A stretch of DNA of 64,000 nucleotides from Azolla caroliniana (taxonomy: Eukaryota > Plantae > Polypodiophyta). The translations under genes were made by a program, and so were the position numbers. Position 1 is the first letter of the stretch; each line of letters starts with the position of its first letter. Positions 37,369 through 50,500 of this stretch are shown here, piece by piece. The notes under the pieces are model-generated. The model was given only the letters and a program-made list of their open reading frames with translations, did not search any database and was not told the origin of the DNA. The stretch spans positions 15,686,001-15,750,000 of the forward strand of contig JBHGNT010000018.1 in the NCBI GenBank assembly GCA_043228905.1, given 5' to 3'.

Positions 37369-37902
37369 ATGTCCACCAATTTTATTTTTTTAACTCTAGG
37401 GTTAACCCTAACCCAGATTTTCGTTCTCGGTCTCTTGTGCAACATTATGATAGGGAAGGACGTTGTGGTATTTGCCAAGAATGCCATGACCATTACTGAT
37501 GATAATTTAAATAATAATGGTGGAGAGTTATTAGTAATGCCACAACAACAACAACGTACTATTAATCCCCTCCCCTCCTCCTCCTCTTCATGGTCATCAT
37601 CATCATCATGGTAAGCAATGGCATATTCATGACCCATTTTCATTACCTTTGAAGGATTGGGTCGAAGATCAAGGAGCATCAATCATCATGTAATAATGTC
37701 ATGGCCAAGGTCATCTTCATTTCTATCCATTGATTCATTTACTACCCACTACAAATTATGTGTTCATTCCAGTCATTGCAAGTCAAATGTTGCTACTTCC
37801 AATACCACCACCACCACCACCAATATTAATCCTAATATTGACCCTCGCTACGGAGTCGATAAACAATTGGTTCCAATAGGTCCCAACCCTCTCCATAACT
37901 AA
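37369..37902 (+). CDS. CLE: CLE (CLV3/ESR-related) peptide precursor, probable exons 37369-37610 and 37773-37902 (123 aa)
   Basis: Hydrophobic signal peptide; C-terminal IDPRYGVDKQLVPIGPNPLHN-stop. GTAAGC donor and TTCATTCCAG acceptor remove two in-frame stops while keeping frame. Confidence 0.8.
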
Positions 37903-38773
37903 TTATCATATATCTAACCCAACCTCATCCTTATACAACCTCCTCCCTAAAATGCATCAATCATATCCTCTCTTAACGCCTATCATCATTGATGGCAGAT
38001 TATTATTTTGACATTGGCTACCATGACCACAAGGCTCTATCTCTCTCTTTCTCAGTTCGGAGTTTGAAGATGATATGCATGTTATTGATCAAAATGCCAC
38101 AACATCGTGTCAAGATGACCACCATTGGTTTTTTAATGTCTTGGTGTTGAAGCATATATGATGGGGATCGGATCTATAAATATATATCATCGCTCTCTAA
38201 CCCAGATTAAAAGAAAGAAGACTCATGTCAATGTCACGCCAAAGTCTGCCCTTGGAGAGTTTTCCCCTTTCCCTTTGTTTAAGATAAAAAGAGAGATAAC
38301 TTCTTATGAATGATGAAAATGATGATCACTAAACAAAACAACAGTTTTTGCCAAAAAAGAACATATGATCTAGTTTTCTTTTTATCCTTCTTTTTTGTTT
38401 GTTGGCATAGGTTCTTCATCTTCTTCTTTGGAGAACCAAATTTTCATTCATTGTCTATAGGTAGGTATACTGCATATAATTTACTAGAACATGCAGTCTT
38501 TTTCTTCTATTCATATTGAGCTCAAATCCAACCATATCCATTGAAGTGGTTCACCTTTTCACATTTATGGGCAATACTCAAGTCAAAATGTGCTTTGTTC
38601 TATCTATCAGCAAATAACATTAGCATCATCATGATTTTTACAATTTTTAACATATAGTATTACAATTTTTACATACCTTAGAAGGGAGCAGCAGGGAGAA
38701 ACGATCAGAGCGAAAGCACTGAGGAAAAAAGGGGGAAAGAGCTAACGAGAATGTTTTTTTAAACTTTTTTTTT

Positions 38774-39223
38774 TGTTGTTCAGTCGACAATTGCTATTTT
38801 GCTGACATAGTATAAGACGAACGTTCTATCAAGAAGTTGTGGTTAAACGAATAGACACGAATGATCTATAAACTTATTGGTGATAACAGACACCAAGATC
38901 GTGACTTATGTAATATAGTTTAGATAGAAAGAACTAGATGGCAAGAAGCAATCCGTACAGAGAGATTTCCTAACCAAACTTCATATTACTAAATACAACG
39001 ATAGATTTTTACAATGCCTTCGGTTCCTTTTATAGGTAACCCGAAGGTCTTTTCTCATCAAGAAATCCTACTGCCTATAATTAACAAGAATTACAAAACT
39101 TCGTATCTAACTATGTCCTATTCGGCTATCTGCCGAGTCATCGATCCGAACTGCTGATCCGACTCCGATTCTGACTCCGAACATCTTTCCGATTCCGACG
39201 CATCCATACTTGTCCGAGTAACA
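38774..39223 (-). repeat. 3' LTR of gypsy element 2 (~450 bp)
   Basis: Minus strand reads TGTTAC, TCGG-rich U3, CCTATAAAAGG, TTGTA, T-rich U5, and ends in CAACA. The left boundary could be 38777. Confidence 0.72.
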
Positions 39224-39225
39224 CT

Positions 39226-39266
39226 TGGCACGCCCGTGGGCCAGGACGTTGTCCGGCGAACCCACG
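39226..39266 (-). other. tRNA-3'-half-like structure ending in CCA at the PPT position
   Basis: Minus strand CGTGGG-TTCG-CCGGACAACGTCCTGG-CCCACG-GGCGTGCCA, then AG and the LTR TG. Confidence 0.6.
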
Positions 39267-40783
39267 AGAACCCTTTAATCTTGCTGCTTTGAGGAAAGAT
39301 CCTCCTCCATCTCCAAATCCTCGTTTGCATCGTCCTGCAAAATGTCGAATAATGAGGGTTTTGCTTTCTATGTTGCCACGCCTTCCTCGTCTTCGTCTTC
39401 ATCTTCGGTATCCTCCCCGTCGTTGTTTTCCTGTCGGGTTCCTTTGGTCGATGGTCTTGGCTCCGCTTCTGTTTCTGCTTCTGTATTTGCTTTCGGTGCC
39501 CCGAGTCCAGGTGTTTTGGTGACTCTTTCAGCTTCGATATTGTCCAACTCGACGGATGTCTCAACATCATGCTTGTTGAATTCCTGCATGATTCGGTTAA
39601 TTTCTTCTTTAAAATAAGCCACCATGTCGTATAGGTCCTTAGCAATATCTTCCTGAACTGTGGTCATTGCTTCCTTCAACATCTTGAGGAAGCCTTTGCC
39701 CTGAACTTTCCTATTTTCTCTGTCGGCTCTTAATAGTTGAAGCTCCGCGGCTTGTGCCGACCATGTTTGCCAACCCTTCTCCAGTGATTCATTGACCAAA
39801 TTTAGGGTGTTAATTCGGTGACGTCTAATGATCGCTTGAACCCTGTCATGAGTCATTCTAGCCTCAAACTGTGTTGTTGCCAATGTTTTCCATAAATCAA
39901 TGATTACCGCATTGGTATGTCCTTCTACCTGCATCAGTTTAGCTTGTGCCTCTAAGAGGTCAAGTCGCCGAGAAACGACGACTGTTTGAATTTCTGCACA
40001 TTGGTTTTCCAGCTTCGCTTTCTCTTCATTCCAGTTGTTCTGCTGCTGAATTATTTTTCCGTTGATTTCGTTTATCAGTTTGTCTTTACTAGCCAATTGT
40101 GTTGTAAAACAAGTCTCTTGGCTCTTGACATACTCTTCCAGTTCCTCGACTTGTTGCCTTGTAGTCTCTTGCTGTTGGGCTAACTGTTGGCGTAAATCTT
40201 GCATTACATTATCCTTTTCCCCCAAACATCTGTCGGTCGTCGTTTTTGCCAACTGTAATCGAGCCTCCATTTCCCTGAACCTATCCTCAGTCTTTTCCGC
40301 CTTAATTTCTGCCTCTCTTCGTGCTTGTTCAGCTTGGTCCAACCTCTTTTGTAATTCTGAATCCGTCTCCAAAGGTTGTCTTTGTCACTCTGGCTGGAAT
40401 ATCTATTCTCTAGCTTTTTCTAGAGCCACTTCTTCTTCTTGCAGTTTATTTTTCAACAACTGATTTTTTGCCTGCATCCATTTATACTGTGCATTAAGCA
40501 CATCTGCAGCTGATGTAGCCTGTTTGTATAATTTGGCCATATCCCTGGCCGCTCTACTAGCCTTTTCATATTCTCAGTGTACTTCCACCAGTGCCTAATG
40601 TAATGGTGGTATTTGAATGGCTTCACCTCTATTTTTAGCATGTCGCTGTCGACCAATTCTATCCACTTCCGCTTGCTCATTTGGTTTGATAGCTCCACAT
40701 AATGACTTTTGGATCATTATTTGATCTCTGTGCTCTTGCACCATTCTTTCCGACACTTCTTGCAGTCTTTTAGCTAACCATTC

Positions 40784-43700
40784 TGTTGGGATTACGGTCC
40801 CTTCGGATGGGATGGTCGGATATCGGAGATGAATGCCGACAAGCCCGGTTTCGGTTTCGGAACCGGATGATGAAGACCCCGGCTTCGGAGCCGGATGACG
40901 AATGTACCCGGAACGAGATCCGGATGCGGGGACATATCTGTGAATATGTTTGCCAAGGGCCCTTGAGGCTATAGTTGTAAATAGCCCCAAAGTCATATGT
41001 GTATAAATATGACTTAGGGCAAACAGTTTTGACGTTGCTACTCATTTTTCTGTTTTTCCACTCAAGAGGAGTGAAGAGAGAGCAGCCGTGAGAGAGATAG
41101 AGCGTGAGAGAGGAGGAGGTCGACGCCTCTGTGTATTTCCGCCGCCTGTGGCGAGGACAACGAGCTCAAGGTCGTCGCCTTGCAGCTCGCCATTGTATAT
41201 TTCTCTGTGCATAGTTTTGGTTTGGAGTCTTGTACTCCCGTGGTTTTTCCCGTCTAGGGTTTTCCACGTTAATCCCTGTGTATTCGTGTTCTTTCTCTGT
41301 GGTTCCTATTTTCTGCTGCATTGATTTGTGCTTACTCGGTTGTGGCCGACTGGTGAAGGTTAATCGGAGTGTCGATTGCTCTACAAACTGGTATCAGAGC
41401 GACTGCTGCAGAAAATGGAAGGCGGCGGCAGCGGGCAGCCGGGGATGATGGTGCTGAATGCACAGAATTACGCCGACTGGAAGATCAAGATGGAGGATCT
41501 TCTGATTGTTCGGGACCTGTACGAACCGATCGACAGGTCGGAAATACCGAAGGGGGTACTTGAGTCGGAATGGAGGCTTTTGAACCGGAAAGCCGTAGCA
41601 ACCATTCGGCAATACGTAGACGTGAGCGTTCTACAACATGTGGCGAACGACACCAACGCATATGAGATGTGGCGGAAGCTGTCGGGCCTCTACGAGAGGA
41701 AGAATGCGTTGAACCGGACCTCCCTGATGAGGAAGATAGTGAACCTCAAGTACCGGGACGGCGAGAGTATGGTGGAACACGTAAGCACGTTCATGGGATT
41801 CGTGAACCAGCTTGCGGCGATCAAGTTCCCGTTGGAGGATGCAATGCAAGCCATCATCCTGATGTGTACATTGCCGGAAAGCTGGGAGAACTTGGTGGTG
41901 ACTCTCAGCACCTCCTGCACCGAAGATAACTTGTCCCTACAAACGGTAAAGACAAGTATTTTGAACGAAGAAGCGCGTCGGAGAGATAAAGAACCGGCCT
42001 CCGATCCGAAGATGTTGTTTACCGAATCGGATCGGGGAAGACAATGGAACCGGAGTCCGCAAAGACGGGAGAAGTCGGGGACCCGGTCGCAGTCAAGAGG
42101 AAGACCCACATGCTTCCACTGTGGGAAGCCGGGGCACTTCCGAAAGAATTGTCGGCATTACCGAAAAGACAACGGAGCCGACGACACCGATTCGAAGAAG
42201 TCTTCGGAACGGAACGGTGCTTACCGGGGAGCCACGGACCGGAATGGTTCGGATCGGCGAGGGCAGGACAAGAAAGGAACGACGGCACTCGCGGCAAGTG
42301 AGGAAGAAATCATGCTCATCACCGAAGAAGGTGAGCTAAACATTGCCGGCGATGAGACGACCTGGGTGGTCGATTCCGGAGCGTCGTTCCACCTGACCCC
42401 GGAAAGAAGATACTTCTCATCCTACACAGCCGGTGAGCATGGCTGTGTTCGGATGGGAAATGAAGGTACGTGCCGGATCACCGGCATAGGAGACGTGTGG
42501 TTGACAACCTCGACCGGATGTAAAATGCTGCTGAAGGATGTCCGACACGTTCCGGAGGTTCGATTGAACCTGATTTCGGCCGGGAGGCTAGACGATGAAG
42601 GCTACACAGGTAGCATCCGGAACGGCGTAATGAAGTTCAGCAAGGGGAGCCTGATAGTGGCTCGGGCCTGGAAGATCAACACACTGTACCTGATGAATGC
42701 CCGGTTATGTCCGGAAGAGCTGAATGTGGCAGTCGACACTGCCGGTGAGCTGTGGCACAAAAGACTGTGCCACATGAGTGAGAAGGGGATGAAGAGGCTT
42801 GCAGAAGACAACCTTATTCCAGTGAAGCATGTGCACCTGGAGAAGTGCACCGATTGCCTGGCCGGTAAGCAGAACCGAACCTCCTTCCACTCAAGGCCAC
42901 CGACGAGACGTAGCGCACCATTGGAGTTGGTGCACACCGGTGTGTGTCAGGTAGAAACGAAGTCACATGGCGGAGCCCAGTACTTCGTAACATTCATAGA
43001 TGATCATAGCCGAAGACTATGGACGGCACCGATGAAGACAAAGGACCAAGTGTTGTCCGTCTTCAAAGAACTCCACGCGAGAGTGGAAAGAGAATCCGGC
43101 AAGAAGCTCAAAGCGATACGAGCGGATAACGGAGGGGAATACCGGGGACAGTTCCAGGAGTACTGTCGCACGAAGGGAATCCGGCTCGAGTTTACTGTGC
43201 CGAAGACGCCGGAACTGAACGGGCTGGCCGAGAGGATGAACCGGACCATAATGGAGAGGGTCCGGAGTATGCTGGCGCATGCGAAATTACCCAAGGGGTT
43301 TTGGGCTGAGGCAATGTCGACGGCGACATATGTGATAAACCGATCACCCTCAGTACCTTTGGACGGAGACACGCCGCAGAGAGTGTGGACCGGTAGGGAA
43401 GTATCTTACCGGCATCTGAAGGTGTTCGGGTGTCTCGCATACGTGCATGTGGCAAAGGACCGTAGAGGAAAGCTAGATCCAAAGACCCGGCCATGCATAT
43501 TCCTCGGTTACGGCGACGACGAGTTCGGCTACCGAGTATGGGACCCGGTCGACAAGAAGATATTCAGGAGTCGAGATATCATCTTCATGGAGAACAAGAC
43601 ACTCGCCGACTGGGAGTCGGAGAAGAAGATGAAGAGCTCCAAGTCGACCGGTGAGGATCAACTCTACGAGGAGCAGTCCCGACCGGCAAGGGACCGGTTA

Positions 43701-46100
43701 GCACTCGAGGATCCGACCGAAGACGGTGAAGAAACAGAACCGGCCGAAGAAGATGAAAATGATACCGGAACCGGCCCCGATCCCGAAATGGATTCGGATG
43801 AAGAAGAATCGGAAGAACCGGTTACCGAAGCTCCGGAACGGAGATATCCTCTAAGAGAGAGAAGGGCCCCCCGGAGATTTCCGGAACCAGAGCACGTGCT
43901 GCTAACCGACGAGGGGGAGCCGGAGAGCTTTGAAGAAGCAAAGCATGACACCCAGAGCCGCAGGTGGTTGAGTGCCATGCAGGACGAGATGGATTCCCTG
44001 CATGAGAACCACACATATGAACTTGTGGAGTTGCCGAAAGGAAAGCGGGCACTTCGAAACAAGTGGGTGTTCAAGCTGAAACCGGGAGATGCCGGAAACC
44101 CCCCGAGATACAAAGCCAGGATCGTGGTGAAGGGGTTTCAGCAGAAGAAGGGCGTCGACTTCGACGAGATATTTGCCCCGGTAGTGAAGATGACCTCCAT
44201 CCGGACGGTGCTGAGCATAGCGGCAAGCATGGACCTCGAGGTAGAACAGATGGACGTGAAGACGGCATTCCTTCACGGTGACCTCGAAGAAGAAATCTAC
44301 ATGCAGCAACCGGAAGGATTCGAGAAGAAAGGAAAGGAGCACCTGGTATGCCGGTTGAAGAAGAGCCTTTACGGACTGAAGCAGGCTCCCCGGCAATGGT
44401 ACCGGAAGTTCGACTCCTTCATGACCGACGAAGGGCACCTCAAAACGCAGTCCGACCATTGCATGTTTGTGAAGAAGTTCGAAGGAGGAGACTTTCTAAT
44501 ACTCCTCCTGTACGTGGACGACATGTTGATCGTCGGACGAGACCAGGTCAAGATACGGATGCTGAAGAAGGCTCTTCACCGAACCTTCTCAATGAAGGAC
44601 CTGGGTCTGGCGAGACAAATACTAGGGATGCACATCATCCGGGACCGGAGCAAGAAGCAGTTGTGGCTGTCACAGGAAAAGTACGTGACAAAGGTGCTTA
44701 AACGGTTCAACATGTCGAAAGCAAGACCGGTCGGATCGACCCTCCCGGCAAACTGCAAGCTGTCCAACAAGCAAAGTCCCAAGACAAAGGCTGAAAAGGA
44801 GGATATGATGAAAGTGCCGTATGCCTCAGCCGTCGGGAGGTTGATGTACGCCATGGTGTGTACGAGACCGGACATAGGATATGCAGTCGGAGTGGTGAGC
44901 CGGTACATGAGCAATCCCGGCAAAGAGCATTGGAACGCGGCCAAGTAGATACTCCGATACCTGAAGGGCACGGCAAACGTGTGCCTCCGATTCGGCTTCG
45001 GTAAGCCCGAACTCGATGGCTTCACCGATTCGGATATGTCGGCTGATGTAGATACCAGCCGGTCCACATCAGGGTATGTGATGACGTATGCAGGGGGAGC
45101 TGTTTCATGGCAGTCGAGGCTGCAGAAGACGGTTGCGTTGTCGACCACGGAGGCGGAGTACATGGCGGCTGTTGAAGCCGGCAAGGAAATAATATGGATG
45201 AAGGACTTCATTAGAGAGCTCGGTATCCGGCAGGAGGAGTACCGACTCTACTGCGACAGTCAGAGTGCAATCCACCTTGCAAAGAACGCGGCCTATCACT
45301 CCCGGACGAAGCACATCCAGCGAAGATATCACTGGATCCGGGAAAGGATAGAAGACAAGGAGTTCGTGCTGACGAAGGTCCACACGGACGAGAACGGGTC
45401 GGATATGCTGACCAAGGTGCTCACGCTCGACAAGCTGGAAGCATGCCGGAAGAGGATCGGATTGGAGAGACATCCCATGCCGAAGTGAAGGGGGAGTTTG
45501 TTGGGATTACGGTCCCTTCGGATGGGATGGTCGGATATCGGAGATGAATGCCGACAAGCCCGGTTTCGGTTTCGGAACCGGATGATGAAGACCCCGGCTT
45601 CGGAGCCGGATGACGAATGTACCCGGAACGAGATCCGGATGCGGGGACATATCTGTGAATATGTTTGCCAAGGGCCCTTGAGGCTATAGTTGTAAATAGC
45701 CCCAAAGTCATATGTGTATAAATATGACTTAGGGCAAACAGTTTTGACGTTGCTACTCATTTTTCTGTTTTTCCACTCAAGAGGAGTGAAGAGAGAGCAG
45801 CCGTGAGAGAGATAGAGCGTGAGAGAGGAGGAGGTCGACGCCTCTGTGTATTTCCGCCGCCTGTGGCGAGGACAACGAGCTCAAGGTCGTCGCCTTGCAG
45901 CTCGCCATTGTATATTTCTTTGTGCATAGTTTTGGTTTGGAGTCTTGTACTCCCGTGGTTTTTCCCGTCTAGGGTTTTCCACGTTAATCCCTGTGTATTC
46001 GTGTTCTTTCTCTGTGGTTCCTATTTTCTGCTGCATTGATTTGTGCTTACTCGGTTGTGGCCGAGTGGTGAAGGTTAATCGGAGCGTCGATTGCTCTACA
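40784..46100 (+). mobile_element. Full-length young Ty1/copia (Tnt1/Tork-like) element
   Basis: 602-bp LTRs 40784-41385 and 45499-46100 with about 3 differences seen; TSD CATTC; PBS TGGTATCAGAGC 41389-41400; PPT GAAGGGGGAG before 45499. Confidence 0.97.
41415..45488 (+). pseudogene. copia gag-pol polyprotein with one premature stop
   Basis: CFHCGKPGHFRKNC, WVVDSGAS, RADNGGEY, NGLAER, LYVDD and RNaseH. TAG at 44946-44948 (W to stop); integrase VHTGVC instead of VHTDVC. Confidence 0.93.
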
Positions 46101-47596
46101 CATTCTACCAGTTCATATGATGTTCCGAACTACAGAATGGTAGCTAGCTCATGTGCTGCTGTCGGGATGTCAGAAAAAGCGAGTGCCTCTTGCACCGTTG
46201 CCGTTGATGCTTGCCCTTTTTGAACTCGTGACGTGTCATCTGGATTCACACAAGGTATTTGTGTGGTTTGGGCGGCTTGATCGTTAGTTTTCTTTTTCTT
46301 CTGCGCAGGTTGTTCTTGCTTTGGTCTAGAGTATCTTTGGGACTGTTGTTTCACCCTTCGTTGCTTCGGCGGTTGCTGGTCAATGTCGACTCGTCTCGAT
46401 TCCTGTTGCTGTGATGGTTGCTCGTATGTCATCCCTCATTGTTGCATCCTTTGTGGTTGAGACTCCGGTGGTTGAGTTGGCGATTGCTAGGTAGGTTCGG
46501 GTTGCGGTATCGACTGTTGAGACTGCATCGACTGTTGTTGTTCCGATTCTTGTTGGTGCCTTGGTTCCGGTTGGTCAAATTCGGTCTGAGTGGTATCGTC
46601 TTGTGTTGATTCTTCTTCCGACCACTCTTCCCGTTGGACTTGTCGTCAGGTTCGGGATGATTGTACCTGAGGCGGCCGATGCACCTCTGATCGGTTTTCC
46701 GGCTCTGAAGTCAGAAATAATACCGATAACCAACGAGCAAAAATCGGCTTCATTGGTTTTCTTTTTTGAACTCTGTTCAGTTGCTCTCTCAAAGCATCTG
46801 CCGATAGTAGCCCCCAATTGAAAGCTTCGCCTTCATAAGCGACGATAATAGATCCAACCCTCTTTTTGGGCATACAGTAGAATCTGGGACTAACAAACCC
46901 TACTTCCAATAAAAATTTTGCAACTTCATGAAAAAACACGTCCCTACCTCCTTGTGTCTAATACGCTTTGGTAGAGGGTGAATACTCACCGAAATAGGAC
47001 CACAAAACATCCTCTGTGACCTTGTTGACAGCGTCGAACCCACCTCTTGGCATCTCCAACACGACCCTTACCTTCTTATTTGTGATCGTCGAGACATTGA
47101 TTTCTACCAACAAAGCTTCCGTGTTCGGGTGCGGCTCTGTTTTTGCGACTTTCGAAAATCCCTGTAACTTATTGCGAACAAGCCAGCGGCGCAAGTTGTT
47201 AGATACGACAATCAGCATGTTGTCGTCGTCAATTAACAGATCGTCACTCAGTGATGGCTGTGAGAAACGCTGTGGGCTATGGCGACAAAAATTAGAAAAC
47301 CTATGAGCTCGAATGCGTTTCTACTTATGTGGTGAAACAATCATTACAGAAATAGGTTTTAAGAGATTAATTTTTTGCATGATGCCTAGGGAATAAAAGT
47401 ACTATTAATGTTGTAATGACTAGGCGTACTAGTGGAATGATGGCTAGAAATAGTAATAATGACTAATAGAATATGCCTCCACTACTTTTACTTATAGCCT
47501 TTTGAAATTACTCCAAGAATCTCTTCGTGAGAGTTAGTTATGATTTGGCAAGAAAATATTCTATAGTTAGTTTTATTTATTTATTTATTTATTATT

Positions 47597-50500
47597 TTAC
47601 TTTTCTTCCGATTCATCCTTGAATGGATTTTTCGGCATGTGTCCACGATATGGTTTAAGCCAGAAACCATTGACCCATTTCGGTAAAATTTCACCTGATA
47701 GGGTTCCTAGTTGATACGTACCATTTTTACTGTTCACGATCCAAACTGGTCTCGTCCATCTATACCGAAGTTTTCTTGGCATCGCCCCCATCTCGGTATG
47801 GAAAACCAGTACTGGTTTCCCGATTTTGAATTGAGATTCGGTTTTCCATCGGTGTCGATTTACAAATGCCTTGGTTTGCCTTTGCTTGTGCTCTAAAGCT
47901 GTCATAGCTTGTGGTCGATCTTCTTTTAATAGCAATAAAGATTCTTTCCGAATTTGCTCCGACTATAGTTCATTTAATTTTTCGGTTGCTTGTATTCGGA
48001 GTGTCGGGATCTGGAATTCGATTGGCATCACTGCCTCCAATCCAAAAGCCATTCAGAAAGGTGTTGATTTAATAGATGTTTTGTACGATGTGCGATATGC
48101 CCATAACGCACTATGCAACTTTTGATCCCAGTCCGTACGATTCTCATTTACTATCTTTTTGAGTATCGTCTAGAGGGTTTTGTTTGTCGACTCCGCCAAT
48201 CCATTCGCTTGTTGATAGTAAGGAGCGCTTTTCTTATGAACCACTACATAGTAGGTAGACAATTCATGAACAAGTTTGTTAATGAAATGCGTACCTTGAT
48301 TGCTCACTAATTCTATTGGGCAGCCGAATCGACACCATATACTTTCGTACAAATTTTTTGCTGTTGAAGCTACCGTATTATCCTTAAGAGCTTTAGCTTC
48401 TACCCACTTCGTACAGTAGTTAGTAGCCACTATAATATATCTATTGCCTGTTCTTACTACTGCCGGTTTGAAAGGACCTACAAAATCCAACCCCCATTTC
48501 TGGAAAGGTTCAAGAGGTAACACCGGTTGAAACGACATTCAGTCCCTTTTTGTCGGTTGTCCCATACGTTGGCATAAATCACATTTCCGACAATATTTGA
48601 CCGCATCCTTCATCACTGTCGGCCACCATAACCCACTGTTCCATATTTTTCTTGCTGTGGTTTCCCCAGCATAGTGTCCTCCTACAATTCCACAGTGCGA
48701 TTCCTGAAGAATGACCGATTTTTCGAATTGTCGTACTGTTCTTCTCCAAATACCATCTGCTCCTTTATGATACAGAGTGTCATTCAAAAGACAAAAATTA
48801 CGACTCCGTACCGCCAACCTTTTCCTTTTGTCTGCTGATAGATGTTCGGGTGGTAACCCTGTTGTAAGAAAGATTGTCATTTCTGAGATCCAACCATCCT
48901 CACTTTCTTCATTTACACCCTGTGCATTTATTGCTTCCACTCGAAAAAGCTGACCATTCGGAAAATCATCCTTGACACCCGTGCCTTCTTCTCCTGACTC
49001 CAGTCGACTGAGATAATCGGCCACTACATGCTGTACTCTTGGCCGATGTAAAATGTCGAATTCGAATTCTTGGAGTAGAAGAGTCCATCTTGCTAACTTG
49101 CCGGTTAACTCTTGTTTCGAGACCAAATAAAGAAGAGCCGAATGATCAACATGAAATGTAAAGTTTTTCCCCAAAAGATAGTGTCGAAACTTATTGACAC
49201 TATAGATCATTCCTATAGCTTCCCTCTCAGTGGTAGAGTAATTTCTTTCTGCTTTTGAGAGTTTCCGACTAGCATAGTAAACTGGCATGTACAAGTCGGT
49301 TCGGTTAACTACATTAATGCACTTCCGATTGCGATGTCTGATGCGTCGACAAAAACATGGAATGGCTTATTCCAATCAGGTGGTTGAACGACTGGAACTT
49401 TGGACAACATTTTCTTCAGACAATCATATGCATCCTGTTCCACACTTGTCCACTGAAAAGGAACTGTATGTAAGGGAATGGCGATATCCGCAAGATATCT
49501 TATCATTTGGTTGTGCCATCTTATCTGCCCCAAAAACTGATTGAGAGCTTTAGCATTTGTGGGTGCCGGTGCTTCCAGTATGGCTTTAACCTTGTCAAAG
49601 TCCATTGCAATTCCTTCTTGACTGACAATATGGCCTAATAATGTGCCACTAGTGACCCCGAATGCACATTTAGCCGGATTTAAACTAAGGCGTCCTTCCT
49701 GATATTTCTCCAAACATAGTCGTAAATGCTCAAAATGTTCGGTTTTCCGACTATAAACAGCAAAATCATCCAAAAATACTTGCATAAAGGCAGGAATGTA
49801 ATTCCCAAATATTTCCTATATCACTCTTTGAAATGTCGCCGGAGCGGTCTTCAAGCCAAACATCATTACTATTGCTACAAACATTCCCCATTCTGTAACA
49901 AAAGCTATCTTTTCTTGATCTTCCGGATTCATCTGAACCTGATTATAACCACTAAAATCATCGAGGAAACTATATACTTCATGGCCAGCTACGACATCCA
50001 ATATACCATCCGTAAATGGTGATGTAAACGCATTCATAACGGTAGCCGCATTTAGTTTCTAGTAGTCGACACATACCCGAATTTTGTTATTCTTTTTCGA
50101 AACTACGACGATTGGACTTAACCATGTCGATTTTTTCACCGGACGAATAAACCCTACTTTCAAAAGTTTATCTATTTCTTCTTTAACTTTAATAGCATAA
50201 TTAGGATTTAATCGGTACCTGCATTGTTGAACTGGTTTTGCATCCTTATGCAGGTTGATTTGATGTTGACAAAAAGCTGGATCTAGTCCCTTCATATCTT
50301 CAAAAGACTAGGTAAAGACATCCTTATATTGCTTTAATAATGTTGTTAACCTTTGTTTGTCCGCTTCTATCATATCCTTAGCAATGAGTACTGTTTTCAA
50401 CTCATTGTCCCCATCTTCTTCTACCAAATTTATTTCCTCCAATGCTGAAGCTTGAACTCGTTGGGACACATTCATCTCTCTATCGGTAGCTTCTTGCTGG

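Larger units (their letters stand above)
39276..47218 (-). pseudogene. Extra ORF of gypsy element 2 (conserved domain + coiled coil + acidic tail), split by the copia insertion
   Basis: YFGEYSPSTKAY, AYEGEAFNWG; 334-aa coiled-coil ORF 39368-40372. Confidence 0.75.

Noticed and set aside
37611-37654. Short intron model for the CLE gene using the AG at 37654
   Set aside because: Only 44 nt long and shifts the frame; the acceptor at 37772 fits better.
41394-45760. Many antisense and alternative-frame ORFs over the copia and gypsy elements
   Set aside because: Shadow ORFs of GC-rich coding sequence with no recognisable motifs.
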